Below, piece by piece: positions 5,168-5,760 of a stretch of DNA of 5,760 nucleotides; the first letter of the stretch is position 1; the number at the start of each line of letters is the position of its first letter. The notes beneath the pieces are model-generated. The model was not told where the DNA came from and ran no database searches. It saw only the letters and a program-made list of their open reading frames with translations. Source of the DNA: a virus; IMG/VR virus record IMGVR_UViG_3300029391_000100; one strand, given 5' to 3'. The position numbers and the translations under genes were made by a program.

Positions 5168-5368
5168 TTACTCCCTTCGCATTAGTTCTAGTTCAATGTC
5201 GTTTATAAAGCTTTTTATTAGCCAAGTTTCGTTTACTATCTTTTTAGCGTCCTCGATGTTTGACACTTTTTTAAGCATTTTGTAATTGTCATCAATTTCT
5301 TTGTACTTTCGTTTGAGTAGAATTTCTAGTGCTTCTTTGGTCTGGTCTCTTACGTTCCATGTTTTCAT
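5168..5368 (-). CDS. Hypothetical 66-aa charged helical protein. The track's 83-aa version (to 5419) is probably an over-extension.
   Basis: The internal ATG at 5368..5366 is preceded by 'AAGGGGGTGtaacaATG'. The longer version would overlap the peptidase gene by about 50 nt and has no Shine-Dalgarno. The peptidase stop TAA (5373..5371) lies 2 nt before this ATG. Confidence 0.5.
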   Translation of the reverse strand: MKTWNVRDQTKEALEILLKRKYKEIDDNYKMLKKVSNIEDAKKIVNETWLIKSFINDIELELMRRE

Positions 5369-5370
5369 TG

Positions 5371-5760
5371 TTACACCCCCTTTCTGTATTTTTTGGTGCG
5401 TGTGTCGATGTGTACCCACGTGTCATATACGATAATGCCGCATTCATTCGGAATGATTGCATTCAGTTCGTTGGCGATTTCTTTTGCTTTCATTCCATTT
5501 ACTCGAATGTCCGCTGCCATTCCTCGCATGTGATATGAGTACTTTGCACCGCCTACCGCTTCATTCCTTGTTGGTGTCCGGTATCCACTGTTGATGATGA
5601 CAGGTTTTCCGATTTTGTTTCTGAGGATGTCTAGGATTGACACTAGGTAACTGTCTATAAAAACTACTTGTGAACCGTCTTTGCAAGCGAATTCCTTTAC
5701 TTTGAAGTGCTGCCCTACTTTTTTGTTTGCGTCTGTGTCCATGATATAGCTTTCAATCAT
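5371..5760 (-). CDS. Peptidase M15 family zinc D-Ala-D-Ala carboxypeptidase-like peptidoglycan hydrolase; putative lysis enzyme
   Basis: The 129-aa protein has zinc-binding signatures SYHMRGMAAD (H-x6-D) and a downstream VHID, plus SGYRTP, all characteristic of M15/VanY-like peptidases. The ATG at 5760..5758 is the first ATG after the upstream stop, once the circular wrap is taken into account. Confidence 0.8.
   Translation of the reverse strand: MIESYIMDTDANKKVGQHFKVKEFACKDGSQVVFIDSYLVSILDILRNKIGKPVIINSGYRTPTRNEAVGGAKYSYHMRGMAADIRVNGMKAKEIANELNAIIPNECGIIVYDTWVHIDTRTKKYRKGV
5638..5760. repeat. Terminal direct repeat, copy B (circular overlap)
   Basis: Identical to 1..123. Confidence 0.9.

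Noticed and set aside
5369-5419. N-terminal 17-aa extension (MGTHRHTHQKIQKGGVT) of the 83-aa ORF
   Set aside because: It overlaps the 3' end of the peptidase gene and has no ribosome-binding site. The internal ATG at 5368 has AAGGGGGTG at correct spacing and sits 2 nt after the peptidase stop.
526-5538. All plus-strand ORFs in the supplied track (526..768, 797..979, 1048..1233, 1181..1384, 1965..2207, 2155..2481, 2699..3049, 3817..4014, 3950..4357, 4155..4643, 4177..4467, 4442..4708, 5329..5538)
   Set aside because: Each lies entirely antisense to a minus-strand gene with clear family signatures or a strong ribosome-binding site. They are rich in Leu, Cys, Phe and Ser, as antisense shadows are. 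None has a Shine-Dalgarno. Microviridae genes are all on one strand.

Overview
The window is one complete circular ssDNA phage genome of the family Microviridae, gokushovirus-like in gene content, with every credible gene on the minus strand. Positions 1..123 are identical to 5638..5760, so the unit genome is 5637 nt and the window overlaps itself across the circular junction. Read along the minus strand (high to low coordinates, wrapping), the order is as follows. A consensus sigma70-type promoter at 177..149 comes first. It is followed by a peptidase M15 (zinc D-Ala-D-Ala carboxypeptidase-like) lysis gene, then a 66-aa ORF, then an unlisted 38-aa highly basic J-like ORF and an unlisted 42-aa ORF. 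Next are an 84-aa ORF and a 148-aa ORF with an acidic repeat tail, a possible VP3/scaffold. The major capsid protein VP1 (557 aa) follows, then a GC hairpin with U-tract, then the Gly/Ser/Ala/Gln-rich minor capsid or pilot protein VP2 (290 aa). A strong intrinsic terminator ends this block. A 324-nt noncoding region follows, packed with TGTTGAA(A)/TTCAACA iterons that mark the probable replication origin. The last gene is the rolling-circle replication initiator VP4 (334 aa), which carries FLTLTY, HYHAIVF and YVAQYVNKK motifs. No RNA genes, CRISPR arrays or integrase are present. All plus-strand ORFs in the track are antisense shadows of these genes. The main points for follow-up are the iteron/origin region, the two unlisted micro-ORFs with strong Shine-Dalgarno sites, and the terminator-like hairpin that separates the VP2 Shine-Dalgarno from its start codon. 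VP1 and Rep have no recognisable ribosome-binding site and no dedicated promoter. The structural and scaffold-candidate proteins carry in-frame tandem duplications. The peptidase has no identifiable holin.
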